A stretch of DNA of 64,000 nucleotides from Bryobacterales bacterium (GCA_963843095.1 CAWJLI010000065.1:1123-65122); one strand, 5' to 3'. Shown: positions 1 through 10,459, counted from the stretch's first letter. Translations and numbers: made by a program. Notes: a model not told the origin generated them from the letters alone.

Positions 1-200
1 CGGTACGGGACCAGTCGGCACTCTATGGGTTGTTGCTCAGGTTGTCCGACATGGGGATTCAACTAATTTCCTTGACTTCAACCGTTGTATGTCAGGGCAA
101 AAACAATGACACACAATAAGGATTAATTAAGAAGACATTGATCCCGATTTCTAAAAAGTTTTCTAGTTTATAAATGCTGTATTTTTAGGGGGTTTAAGAA

Positions 201-473
201 ATGGATCCCTTTGAATTAGAAAAAATTAGTGACCTTTTTGCCGACACAGCTGAACATGTTCGTGATTGTGAAGACCTCGTAAATACAGAACCCAAATGTA
301 CTACTTGCGGTTCAACCAATCTGATTAAGATCTCGGATTATAGTAAGGCTATGTTATTTTTGAGAAACAATGGAGATACTTTGGAACCAAATAAAATAGA
401 TTCCCATGTTTCTGGCAAAAGGAATAAATTTACGACATTGTGGTGGTGTTTAAACTGTAAGCGATTGTGTTGA
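201..473 (+). CDS. small zinc-ribbon protein (CxxC...CxxC), paralog of 11253..11513
   Basis: 90-aa ORF with a purine-rich RBS upstream. Contains KCTTCGSTNLIKISD...WWCLNCKRLC. Nt 306-334 are identical to the inverted copy at 11404-11432. Confidence 0.6.
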   Translation: MDPFELEKISDLFADTAEHVRDCEDLVNTEPKCTTCGSTNLIKISDYSKAMLFLRNNGDTLEPNKIDSHVSGKRNKFTTLWWCLNCKRLC

Positions 474-593
474 TGCGATCTTTATATTATCACCTGAAAA
501 TAAAGCAAAGAGTAGTATTCAACACAGCTGAGCTAAATATGATACCCGTATCAGGGAGATAATAATTATTCAAAAATAAATGAGGCATTTAAG

Positions 594-1856
594 ATGGCCC
601 AATTGGACAAACCTTTGGCAATAAATCAGAAAATGGGGAATCACATGAAAAAAATACGTATAGTTGTTTTTTGTTGCATCCTGGTCGTTGTATTTGCAGT
701 CGGAATGGGGACAGGCATATTTGTACAAAGGCAGTATTTAACTGTTTCCAAAGCCAGTGTTTCGGAATTCCAACTGGTAGAAAAGGCGTGGAATATCGTC
801 AGTAAGAATTATGTGGATCAAACGGCAACCAAGCCACAAACATTGGCTTATGCAACTATTGACGGTATGGTTAATTCTCTCGGTGATACTGGCAACAGCG
901 TTTTTCTTACTCCTGAGGAAGTAAAGCAACAGAACGAAACACAACTACAAGGCATCGGGTTGTATGTATCTGAGACAAACGGTGTTGTGTTTATTGTGGC
1001 TCCAGTGGATGGGTCTCCTGCACAGAAAGCCGGACTGCAGCCTGGAGATATCATTCTCGATGTTAATGGGCAGCCGGTTACTAGTATGGAAGAAGCAGCC
1101 AGCAACATCATGGGTCCAGCCGGAACATCCGTCACCCTCACTATTCAAAGCCCCGCCGGAACAACGAGTGACATTACGATCGTCAGAGCCACTATAGAGA
1201 TAAATAGTGTTACTTGGGAGATGTTGCCTGGTACTTCAATCGCGGATTTGCGACTGGATAATTTTTATCAGGGTACTTCGACCGAATTAGATACGGCATT
1301 ATCGGCAATAAAAACCCAGGGGGCTACAGCCATCATTCTTGATCTTCGAAATAATCCGGGAGGACTTGTGAATGAGGCGATCGGTGTAGCAAGCCGTTTT
1401 CTTAATAGCGGTTATGTTGTCGAGGAAAAAGACGCCAGTGGGAAAATTACAAAAAACGCCGTATTAACAAATGTAACGAAAACGGATCTACCCCTTGTTG
1501 TATTGGTCAACCAAAGAACAATTTCCGCAGCTGAAATCGTAGCGGGAGCACTTCAGTCCCAAGGAAGAGCTAAACTCATTGGCAATACCACATTTGGATC
1601 AGGGACTATCGTTAATTATTTTTCCCTCTCCGATGGTTCAGAAATCCAACTTAGCGTAATGGAATGGCTGACTCCTTCCGGTAAAGGTATTTGGCACGTT
1701 GGTTTAACCCCCGATGTTACCGTGTCTCTTGCTTCTGGAGTTGATCCACTTACCCCCGACACCGAAAAAAACTTGACGATGGAGCAAATAGAAGCTTCTG
1801 GAGACCAGCAGCTTTTAACAGCACTCATTTTGACAGCACACAATTTGTTGCAATAA
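594..1856 (+). CDS. C-terminal processing peptidase, family S41, with PDZ domain
   Basis: PDZ segment GIGLYVSETNGVVFIVAPVDGSPAQKAGLQPGDIILDVNGQPV. S41 motifs LDLRNNPGG and VLVNQRTISAAEIVAGALQ. N-terminal TM helix. The true start may be the internal ATG at 645 (MKKIRIVVF). Confidence 0.9.
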   Translation: MAQLDKPLAINQKMGNHMKKIRIVVFCCILVVVFAVGMGTGIFVQRQYLTVSKASVSEFQLVEKAWNIVSKNYVDQTATKPQTLAYATIDGMVNSLGDTGNSVFLTPEEVKQQNETQLQGIGLYVSETNGVVFIVAPVDGSPAQKAGLQPGDIILDVNGQPVTSMEEAASNIMGPAGTSVTLTIQSPAGTTSDITIVRATIEINSVTWEMLPGTSIADLRLDNFYQGTSTELDTALSAIKTQGATAIILDLRNNPGGLVNEAIGVASRFLNSGYVVEEKDASGKITKNAVLTNVTKTDLPLVVLVNQRTISAAEIVAGALQSQGRAKLIGNTTFGSGTIVNYFSLSDGSEIQLSVMEWLTPSGKGIWHVGLTPDVTVSLASGVDPLTPDTEKNLTMEQIEASGDQQLLTALILTAHNLLQ

Positions 1857-1883
1857 TCAGAGGAGGCAGCACCATTATGTAAC

Positions 1884-1970
1884 TATTATAACTTGGTGAC
1901 AATGCTCCAGCGAGTCGGGATAATGCCAGGTCAGCGCGAAGTAATCGGTAGGCCTACATTTGCAAAATAA
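1884..1970 (+). pseudogene. C-terminal remnant of a SnoaL/ester-cyclase-like gene
   Basis: Translates to YYNLVTMLQRVGIMPGQRE. This matches the conserved C-termini of the full-length copies (YYNIATMLQQLGLMPVQPK, YYNLVTILQQLGLMPWQPK). No N-terminal part is present. Confidence 0.5.
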
Positions 1971-2024
1971 TAACTGTTATAAAAATTAAAGGAGGCATTA
2001 ATATGGCAATAAACGTAAAAAAAT

Positions 2025-2432
2025 ATGAACGATTGTATGGCAGCATGGGATTCACATGACGCAAACAAAATTCTTTCCTTCTATACAGACGATTGTATGT
2101 TCGAAGATGCAGCCATTGGACTTGTAAATCATGGCAAAAAGGAATTTACTGACTTTCTCAACACCAGTTTTACTAACAATCCCGACATCAAGTGGGAGTT
2201 AAAAACTGTTTTTGGAACTGATGATTGGATAGGTGTTGAGTATGTCATGTCAGGTACTCATACTCATACTACTCGCAGCATGCCTGGAGTGCCAGCTACC
2301 GGAAAGACCTTTTCTGTACGTGGGGCTTTAATCCTTCAGTTACGCAAAGGCAAAGTTAGCCGAGAATCAGCCTATTATAATATCGCGACAATGCTGCAGC
2401 AACTTGGGTTAATGCCAGTGCAGCCGAAATAG
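2025..2432 (+). CDS. SnoaL-like / ester cyclase family protein (NTF2-like fold)
   Basis: About 60 percent identical by eye to 9198..9629. An ATG at 2003 with a perfect AAAGGAGG RBS gives MAINVKK in another frame. Removing one A from the A7 run at 2016-2022 restores MAINVKNMNDCMAAW, which aligns with MAIDAIKMANDCSKAW, so this is an indel or a shortened start. Confidence 0.8.
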   Translation: MNDCMAAWDSHDANKILSFYTDDCMFEDAAIGLVNHGKKEFTDFLNTSFTNNPDIKWELKTVFGTDDWIGVEYVMSGTHTHTTRSMPGVPATGKTFSVRGALILQLRKGKVSRESAYYNIATMLQQLGLMPVQPK

Positions 2433-2521
2433 ACGGCAAATACGCTTTTTACGAGTGAAATCAAGATATTGAAACAAATGATTTTAAGCCTTGATTATCG
2501 AACATTTTAAGGGGGTAAAGA

Positions 2522-2911
2522 ATGATACGAGCGCTAAAGGTAGCATTGATTGTCTTCGGTGTGGTAGGAATTTTATTCGGTTTGCTGCTTATTTTTTCTC
2601 CCGGCACATTAGCGAGCAAGAGTGGTGTTAGTGAGGTGGCCGGTTATCTAAAATATACTATGGCAACGTTAGGTTACTGCCTTATCGCCCCCAGTGTCTT
2701 TCTCATCATTGCTGCGCGGGACCCACTGCGGCACATTAACTGGGTGAGGTTCGCTATAGTTTGGTGTATTCTTGGCGTAGCAGTCGAGTTGTATTCAGTC
2801 GGCAGGAGTGACATTACATTCGGGCATGCGGCAGCGCTAATTATCATGCATGCCTTCTTCGCTGTTGTTTTTCTTGCTCTTTATCCTTGGCGCCATAAAA
2901 TTTCCAATTAA
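2522..2911 (+). CDS. hypothetical membrane protein (about 4 TM helices)
   Basis: 129-aa ORF with a GGGGG RBS and four hydrophobic stretches. No family recognised. Confidence 0.6.
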   Translation: MIRALKVALIVFGVVGILFGLLLIFSPGTLASKSGVSEVAGYLKYTMATLGYCLIAPSVFLIIAARDPLRHINWVRFAIVWCILGVAVELYSVGRSDITFGHAAALIIMHAFFAVVFLALYPWRHKISN

Positions 2912-2931
2912 AAATATTAGGAGGAAAAATA

Positions 2932-3132
2932 ATGTCCACAAAAGAAAACAAACAACAAAGTTCACGGATTTCTAAAAGTTACGTTGAACGAAAACTGAAC
3001 CTGAGTGGATCTTCATTGGCGCAGATGATAACTGCTCGAGCTTACGTCTCTTCTTCCGGCCGTAGTATTGCACCTTATGTTTTATATGCTTCTCAAGTAG
3101 AAAGTCGCGAGTTTTCAATTTACAAAAGATAA
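2932..3132 (+). pseudogene. 5' stub of a SnoaL-like gene (MSTKENK type) fused to unrelated sequence
   Basis: The RBS plus first codons (AGGAGGAAAAATAATGTCCAC, then AAAGAAAACAAA) match the start of 8696..9139. Similarity stops after about 8 codons. Confidence 0.35.
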
Positions 3133-3504
3133 AATGATATTTGCATTTGCGTCGGTATTGTTATACATTCCCAATCTGTCCTTCAAATGCCGATTGTTGG
3201 ACTACCCTATTTTTTGCCGTTTCTAATAGCGGCTAATGAGACCCCGATAGGTGGACGGATATGTTCCAGAATTATGAAATTGTCATTGTTGTCCAATCAA
3301 AAGGCCATGGCAGCAGCAAAAGCCACCACGGCAGCAAACAAACCATCGGCCAAAATGACTATCCCACCGCCAACGATTCCAGAATCAAGCTGGGGTTTGC
3401 CAATGTTGGCAAACCGGTTAACCAAGAAGAAGCGAAAGTCGCGCCCTTGCGCCGAGTCCAATATTCAATGATCAGATGACACTGGTTCTTTTGACAAGCT
3501 ACGG

Positions 3505-4140
3505 GATTCATTCTCTCCGTGGAGCGATGGAAGAGCGAAATGTATCCGGCCATCCGCACTGAGGCTGCCGCCGTGGGGCGACCATCTACTTCGGTGATGA
3601 GGCGGGGGTGCGCACTGACTTCCATGCCGGCACCACCTGGGCACCAGTCGGGCAGACTCCGGTCGTACGCACCACCGGTACCCGCGATTCGATCAACCTT
3701 ATCTCTGCACTGAGCGCGCAGGGAGCTTTGCGTTTCTCCACCTACGCAGGTAAGTTCGAATCCGCCACTTTCATCAACTTCTGCAAGCGACTGATGCACG
3801 ACACCAGTGGCTCGGTATTTCTCATTGTCGACGGCCATCCTGTCCACCGGTCCAAAGCAGTCAAAGACTTCGTGGCTTCGACCCATGGACAACTGTGCCT
3901 GTTCCAGTTCCCGGCTTATTCGCCTGAACTCAACCCCGACGAGTGGGTATGGAAGAACGTCAAAGCCGACCGCATCGGTCGCGCCGGTATCGACCAGGCC
4001 AAAGGAAACCTCAGAAGTAAAGCCGTTGCTGCCATGCGTCGACTGCAGAAACTCCCCTGTCTGATTCGTGGCTTCTTCGCCGATCCAAATCTGCGTTACA
4101 TCGTAGCCTGACGTGTCCATTTACTTACGCACCCTTTAGT
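3505..4140 (+). mobile_element. IS630-family transposase, 3' portion (5'-truncated, one frameshift) plus putative right end
   Basis: VERWKSEMYPAIRTEAAAVG switches frame near 3570-3580 into ATIYFGDEAGVRTDFHAGTTWAPVGQTPVV...VDGHPVHRS...YSPELNPDEWVWKNVK (DDE motif). This GC-rich segment sits inside AT-rich DNA and ends CCCTTTAG-TA near 4137. Confidence 0.8.
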
Positions 4141-4269
4141 ATATGAAAAACAATGGGGATTTTGCCTCCATCCATAGTTGGTGTTAGAATTTGCGTAATT
4201 AAAAACTCATTTCCAGACACTGATGACTCTTTCGATGGTATAAATCGATGAACGTGGCGAGGAGGTCAC

Positions 4270-6957
4270 ATGGATATCATAGATCTTTTTTTCAACCCTA
4301 AAAGCATAGTCTTGTTTGGCGCGAGTGAGAGACTAGGTTCAGTCGGTCAATCTACTCTGGCGAATTTGCTGACATCGAAAGATAAGCGGAAGATACTGCA
4401 TAGTCCACCCCAAGCATGAACAATTAATGGATACCAAATGCTATCCAGTACTTTCTGCCTTGCCGGAGGTGCCGGAACTTGCTATTATTGCGACCCCGGC
4501 AGAAACTGTTCCTAATATTGTGGAAGAATGCGGCAGGTCAGGCATTAAGGCCGTTATCGTTATTTCCTCCGGATTCAAAGAAACCGGGGAAAAAGGAAAA
4601 GAACGGGAAACGCAGAATAAAAGAACTTGCTCAGAAGTACGGCATGCGGATTATGGGGCCGAATTGTCTTGGTACTATACGTCCCAGTTCCGGGTTAAAT
4701 GCGTCTTTTGCCCGCAAAGGGACAAAACCGGGTAAAATTGCCTTCCTTTCCCAGAGCGGCGCGCTCGGTACTTCTGTCCTTGATTGGGCCGCTGAGTAGA
4801 GATATTGGTTTTAGCGCCTTTGCCTCATTGGGCTCGATGCTAGATATTGACTTCGGCGATTTAATCGATTATTTCGGAGCAGACTCCCAGACAAGAAGCA
4901 TCATTATTTATCTTGAGTCATTGGGTAATACCCTGCAGGATACCAGGAAATTTATGAGTGCGGTGAGAGGTTTTGCTCGCAATAAGCCGATTATCGTGAT
5001 TAAAGCAGGAAAATTCCAGGAGAGCCGTCAGGCAGCTAAATCTCATACAGGTGCAATGGTCGGGGAAGATTCCTATTATGATGCCGTTTTTGATAGGGCC
5101 GGAGTAGTCAGGGTTGATGAAATTGAGGATTTATTTGGTTGTGCCTCTATCCTCGACACTGCCATCTTACCCAAAGGAGAGAACCTGGCGATTATCACTA
5201 ATGCCGGAGGTTTGGCAGTACTTGCCACCGATGCCCTCATCGGCAGAGGCGGTAGACTAGCTTCGCTCAGTGATACTGCCATGAAAAGCCTGAACCAGAT
5301 ATTGCCCCCCTACTGGAGCAAATCCAATCCGATCGATATTCTGGGAGATGCCGGTGTCGAACTCTACACTGGCGCTATTGATATTGTGCTTAAGGACCCG
5401 GCAGTACATGGCATTGTCGTTATCTATACGCCTCAGGGAGTCGCAACTGCAGTCGATCTGGCCCAAGCCATTTCAAAAATTGCCAATAAGAGTACTAAGC
5501 CCATATTGACCGTACTAATGGGAGGAACAGAAGTAGAAAAGGCACGGCAGTTATTCTACGAAAACAAAGTACCGACTTATGAGTTCCCGGAAGAAGCTGT
5601 TAAAACTTACATGTATTCGTATCGGTACGCAATGAATTTGAAAAATCTTTATGAAACACCGGAGGATATGCCGCTTGATGTGGGCACACCGAAGAACCAC
5701 CTCAAACTACTGGTTGGCAAAGCTGCTCGTTCAGGCAGGTTTGTATTAAGTGAAGATGATTCAAAGAAATTTCTCAATACCTATCGGATCAATGTCACCC
5801 TACCGTATTTTGCCAGCGATGTTAATGCGGCGGCAAGCATCGCATCAGGTGTCGGATACCCGGTAGTCATGAAAATACAATCTTCTGATATTTCCCATAA
5901 ATCTGATGTCGGCGGCGTGCAATTATACCTTAAATCGGCTGATGAGGTGCGAAAAGCCTACAAGGAAATGCTGGAAAACGTTAACAAACATGTACCTGAC
6001 GCACATCTTGATGGTGTGACAATACAGAAAATGATTACTGACTATGATTATGAATTAATAATCGGCAGTAAAAAAGATCCAACACTTGGACCCGTAATCA
6101 TATTTGGACAGGGTGGAACAGAAACAGAGTTCTATAAAGATGTGGCCATCGGGTTACCCCCTTTGAATAGGAGATTGGCACGCATGCTTATTGAACGTAC
6201 CAATGTTTGCGAAATGCTCTCGAAAGGGTTCGGCAAGAGGCCGGCGGCAAATCTCAAGTTGCTTGATGAAACCCTCATTAGACTTTCTAACATGATTATT
6301 GATTTCCCAGAAATAAAGGAGTTGGATGTTAATCCGCTGGTGGTGGCTGGTGAAAAGGTAATTGCGCTGGATGCTCGTATTATCCTCGATGAAGAAGTCG
6401 TAAAGAATCAGCCGAGTGAATTTTCTCACCTGATTATTTCGCCTTATCCCACCAGATACATACAACCCTGGTTATGCCGTGACGGGCGGTCCGTTTTACT
6501 AAGACCAATCAGACCGGAGGACGAGCCGCTGGAACATGAACTGCTGGCAGGATTGTCTCCTGAGTCGTCCCGGTTTCGTTTCTTCTACATAATTAAAGAT
6601 ATCTCTCACGAAATGCTCAGCCGCTTTTGCAATATTGACTACGGCCGTGAAATTGCTATTGTGGCCGAATATAATTCAAGTGGGAAAAGAAGGAATGTTG
6701 GCGTAGGAAGGTTAATTATTGAACCGGGTACCGACACCGGAGAATTTGCGACTCTCGTCGCTGATGATTTTCAGCGGGTTAGTTTAGGGCATAAACTCAC
6801 CGATATGCTCATCGGTATAGCCCAGGAGAAGGGTCTTAAAAGCATGTACGGTGTTATTCTCAGGGATAACGTGAAGATGATTGGCCTGGCCCGAAACCTC
6901 GGGTTTACCATTGAATCACTGGACGTCGATGAATGTAAAGCCGTAATCGATTTATAA
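4270..6957 (+). pseudogene. Pat-like protein acetyltransferase (ADP-forming acyl-CoA synthetase domains + C-terminal GNAT), three frameshifts in the first 530 nt
   Basis: CoA-binding motifs SIVLFGASERLGSVG, GPNCLGTIRP, SQSGALGTSVLDWAAE. ATP-grasp segment VVMKIQSSDISHKSDVGGV. GNAT tail LRPIRPEDEP...VGVGRLI. Frame changes near 4393-4399, near 4607-4610 (extra A), and at 4797 (extra T creating TAG). Confidence 0.85.
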
Positions 6958-7057
6958 TTGGTGGATTTAATCTCTAAATTTGCCACGTAGATTAAAAATC
7001 AACATAAGAGTTTCATCGTTACTAATAAGTTCATAAGTAACTAGACTTTTCTTCCAT

Positions 7058-7146
7058 TTTGTGGTAGTATATTGGGTATGCGAGACAACGACGGGCGGAA
7101 GCTGGACCACAAGACACTCGAGCAGGTTCGAATACGGGTCGTTTTT
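7058..7146 (+). mobile_element. IS630-family element, left end plus first ~22 codons only
   Basis: ATG at 7078 gives MRDNDGRKLDHKTLEQVRIRVV, the typical N-terminus of this IS630 subgroup as I recall it. A short GC-rich patch. The sequence before the ATG (TATTGGGTATGCGAG) loosely mirrors the right end near 4120-4137. Confidence 0.55.
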
Positions 7147-7434
7147 GATTGAGAGCCTGATACTGTTATAGACGGGTATTATTTCGAATACAAATGCCTC
7201 ATATCTCGATTTGTGAAGATCCTGATGCAATGCTCCAATGATCGATTCCTCATTGGCTTCAATTACCTGCTTGAGTTTGACTAGTTGTTTGATTCTGAAA
7301 TCAATATTTTTTGTCTTTCCGGTCTCAAAATACTTTTTATGTTCGTCCAAAATTTTCAATGTTTCTTTATCACTTATCTGTGAATTCCCTGGTACATTAA
7401 GGTCGTTAGACATCTTATATGTGTTTGTTGCCAT
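7147..7434 (-). pseudogene. aldehyde dehydrogenase (class-3-like), N-terminal ~98 codons only
   Basis: FRIKQLVKLKQVIEANEESIIGALHQDLHKSRYEAFVFEIIPVYNSIRLSIKN resembles the ALDH N-terminus. The reading frame then runs into the IS630 5' fragment, so the rest of the 155-aa ORF is read-through. Confidence 0.6.
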
Positions 7435-7487
7435 GTTAATGCCTCCCTATTCTTTTATTTCTTAACAATTTTATTTCGCTGTCGTGA

Positions 7488-7912
7488 TTATTTCGGCTGC
7501 CATGGCATTAACCCGAGTTGTTGAAGTATTGTCACCAAGTTATAATAGTCTGTTTCTCGACTTATCTTGCCATCTTGTAAGTGATAGATCGTAGCACCGC
7601 GTACAGAAAACGTCTTGCCGGTAGCTGGCATTCCAGATATTGGGCTGTGAGCATTAGTACCGGACATGACCCACTCTTGGCCTGCCCAGCCACCAGCCAC
7701 GAAAAAACTCTTTTCCTCAAACTTTACGTCGGGAACATCAACGAGGGTAGATTTGATGACGTTATCCAATTCCTTTTTGCCATTACTGACTTTCCCGAGT
7801 GCCAAATCATCTATAACACCGTCGTCCGTAAAAAAGGAAAGCATCTTATTTGCGTCATGTGAATTCCAGCTGCTATATAATCATCTATTATCTTTTTAGT
7901 ATTCCTTGCCAT
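7488..7912 (-). pseudogene. SnoaL-like / ester cyclase, one frameshift near 7868
   Basis: ATG at 7912 with an AAAGGAGG RBS gives MARNTKKIIDDYIAA. One missing nucleotide (GCAGC-TGGAAT) then separates it from NSHDANKMLSFFTDD..., which continues in the 118-aa ORF. Confidence 0.75.
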
Positions 7913-8090
7913 CTGGATGCCTCCTTTATTTTTCTAACCATTTTTATTATTTCGCAGATGTAGTCGTACTACGTTAATAGCAGTGTTTCATAACATAACT
8001 CCCGATAAGCGGTCTCTTTGTTAAATCGGGCATCATCAATGCAGTACATCTGCTTAAACAGGTCATATTCAGGCAACGAACGCGCCTACA

Positions 8091-8560
8091 CTAATACAAT
8101 CTCTTCTTTGCAAAAATCATTGGGTAAGGAACGGACCTCACCACCCGAGCGCTGAGTTTGGGGTTGAGTTGCTTCACTATGGGCTACAGATTAATCCCTT
8201 CAACCCGGCAAAACATCTCAATGGTCTTGTCGTCCATACCAAGTTCATGACCTGCTGCATAATAAGTGCATTCAGTGCACTGGGTTAAGACCCTCTTAGG
8301 GCTGTTTTCCACCACTTTAATAGAGAGACAAATTGCTCCATGCCGCGGTGGACAAGTGCTCCCGCCTATTTGGGGATCAACTTTTTATCACCGACTTGTT
8401 TTTTAATCACCTTACCTTGCATTGTGCCCATTTTCTCCATCACTTTGGACTGCAAGGCAACTGCCCGTTCCATTCCCAACTGTTCGGCTACACCGAGAAG
8501 CAACGCATCGTACATCATGAGGCCAGCTTTTACACCATCGAAAGTATCCTTATTCGCCAT
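8091..8560 (-). pseudogene. Cys-rich small protein, degraded paralog of 10664..11134
   Basis: The N-terminus MANKDTFDGVKAGL... matches MANKDTFNNAKTLF.... The continuation SIKVVENSPKRVLTQCTECTYYAAGHELGMDDKTIEMFCRVEGINL*PIVKQLNPKL lies in another frame and contains an internal stop. Confidence 0.65.
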
Positions 8561-8695
8561 TTTAATTACTCCTATTAAAAAATATATTGTTTATTATCTT
8601 ATTCTAAAAAAATGAAACCAATAATGTTACCCGTGTTATTTCAGTCAAGCATCCCATCAAATCGAATTTGAGAGATACCTTGCCTCTGTGGCATC

Positions 8696-9139
8696 CTATT
8701 TTCTTGGTGGCGGGCTAATAACTGCTCCAATCTGGGTCATCAAACTCAACATATCATTAAACTCCCACCATTCCAGGATTTTATTCCCCTCGATTTTGTA
8801 AATATCACTCCCTTTTATTGAAACATGCTTTCCGGTGGCAGGGATTCCTGCAATGGTTGCCTTATGAGTGGCTTGAATGGTATGTCTGGTAACCACTTTG
8901 TCGCCTTCAGCTACCATATCATCAATGGATTTATTAAAATCTGGAATTGCAGACAAGACTGTAGCCAAATATTGCATATTTTGTTCCCAGTCTAAATCTT
9001 TTGGAGGGAGAAGATGGTGGACTAAACCCGGTGCACAATACTTCTCACACCAAGAACGTAGTTTGGCGGTATCTTCAACAATCTCATTCCTTTCCTTAAT
9101 AACCTGACGGATCAACTCTTTGTTTTCTTTGGTGGACAT
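8696..9139 (-). CDS. SnoaL-like / ester cyclase family protein (MSTKENK subtype)
   Basis: 147-aa ORF with an AGGAGG RBS. The GIPATGKHVSIKGSDIYKIEGNKI core is shared with the other copies (PATGKTFS.RG). Confidence 0.75.
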   Translation of the reverse strand: MSTKENKELIRQVIKERNEIVEDTAKLRSWCEKYCAPGLVHHLLPPKDLDWEQNMQYLATVLSAIPDFNKSIDDMVAEGDKVVTRHTIQATHKATIAGIPATGKHVSIKGSDIYKIEGNKILEWWEFNDMLSLMTQIGAVISPPPRK

Positions 9140-9197
9140 TATTTTTCCTCCTTTATTTTTTCTAACAATCCTTATTTTGTGGATAAAGGTGAAATAC

Positions 9198-9629
9198 TTA
9201 TTTCGGCTGCCCTGGCATTAATCCGACTTGCTGAAGGAATGTAGCCATGTTGTAATACACTGATTCTCGGCTATACTTGCCATTACGCAACTGATAGATT
9301 CCAGCAACGCGTATTGAAAATGTTTTGCCGGTAGCTGGTATAGCATTTTTGGTCATTGTACTATGCGCATGGGTGCCCGACATGATCCATTCATTGCCCT
9401 GCCAATCATTGGTCCCGAAAGCCGACTTTACTTCCCATTTAATGTCGGGGAAATCAGCAAACATTGTATTTATGTAATCGGTGAATTCTTTTTTACCATG
9501 TTTGACAACACCGAGACCCAAATCTTCGTAAACACAATCTTCCGTATAAAATTCAAAGATCTTATTTACATCGTGGGAATTCCATGCTTTACTACAGTCG
9601 TTCGCCATCTTTATTGCATCGATTGCCAT
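9198..9629 (-). CDS. SnoaL-like / ester cyclase family protein
   Basis: Start chosen at ATG 9629 (MAIDAIKMANDC), which follows AAAGGAGA. Conserved core WNSHDVNKIFEFYTEDC...IPATGKTFSIR...YYNMATFLQQVGLMPGQPK. Confidence 0.8.
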   Translation of the reverse strand: MAIDAIKMANDCSKAWNSHDVNKIFEFYTEDCVYEDLGLGVVKHGKKEFTDYINTMFADFPDIKWEVKSAFGTNDWQGNEWIMSGTHAHSTMTKNAIPATGKTFSIRVAGIYQLRNGKYSRESVYYNMATFLQQVGLMPGQPK

Positions 9630-9898
9630 GTTAAAATCTCCTTTATTTTTTTCTAACAATTATTATTTTGCATATGTAGACTTTGGTGTCCGATTATATA
9701 GCTTAATTTAGCTGACCGGAGCGGAGTTTGGAGCTCCGCCCCGGCATATGATCACCTATCAAATTCGCTTTCTATCACGATTCTTGCAATATCACAGCCA
9801 TGTGCTTCTTATCGGTCTTAGCAGTCGTAAATTTACACGGCATGAGCGATGCGTTATTCATTAGTGAATTTAGTCTACGCTTACCGAATTTGATACGT

Positions 9899-10195
9899 CT
9901 ACTTCATCATGGATTTCCCAACGCTGTCGTATTCGTTTATCGATAATGCCTGGTGAGTTTTGAATTGAATATCTGGGTAGTCCGAGAGCGTCATCTTGGC
10001 AACATCGGTCCAACTTTTTTCACTTATCATGTAACCCCTGGATTCGCCCAGAAAAATTCCCCAATCGCTTATCAGACCTTCCTTCTGAAGTTGCTTTACC
10101 ATCTCAATATGCTTCGTCTGATACGCCATCCTCTCCTTGGGGTCGGTAGGATACTTGCTCAGTTCTGCTTCCCACGTCATGAAATATTTTGGCAT
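9899..10195 (-). CDS. hypothetical small protein, possibly DUF3303-like
   Basis: 98-aa ORF with a good RBS. The pattern KYFMTWEAE...GLISDWGIFLGESRGYMISE recalls DUF3303-type small alpha/beta proteins. Family assignment is from memory only. Confidence 0.5.
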   Translation of the reverse strand: MPKYFMTWEAELSKYPTDPKERMAYQTKHIEMVKQLQKEGLISDWGIFLGESRGYMISEKSWTDVAKMTLSDYPDIQFKTHQALSINEYDSVGKSMMK

Positions 10196-10276
10196 CTTAT
10201 TCTCCTTTATAATTTATTTCTTCGATAGGGGAACATAAATAGAAAGTAAAACCGGTATTATCTCATTTACTGTACA

Positions 10277-10459
10277 TCACCTCCTCGAAAAATTAAAACC
10301 GACCATTTTCAGTATGTAGCCACCATTGGGCAACAACTGCTCGTTCTTTATCTGCATCAAACTGGGCCAAATCTGCAGCAAGTTACTCAGCTTTATCACA
10401 AAATCGTAGATTTTTTCTACAGGCGCGTTAATAAAAATCTCTTTATCAACTCTTGTCAT
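10277..10459 (-). pseudogene. SRPBCC (START/polyketide-cyclase-like) N-terminal stub
   Basis: MTRVDKEIFINAPVEKIYDFVIKLSNLLQIWPS is a typical SRPBCC N-terminus. The ORF stops after 60 aa, against about 140 expected. Confidence 0.5.

Noticed and set aside
3130-3480. Short minus-strand ORF encoding a hydrophobic tail (...GIVGGGIVILADGLFAAVVAFAAAMAF), read as a possible truncated membrane gene next to the IS630 junction.
   Set aside because: It is only about 50 codons, with no clear start or RBS and no recognisable family, so it is noted but not called.
3359-4120. 253-aa ORF on the minus strand across the IS630 fragment.
   Set aside because: It is antisense to the transposase reading frame, which has clear DDE-family motifs, and it has no motif of its own.
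6967-7146. C-terminal third of the 155-aa ORF 6967..7434.
   Set aside because: Similarity to aldehyde dehydrogenase ends at about codon 98, exactly where the IS630 5' fragment begins on the other strand. The remainder is read-through into unrelated DNA.
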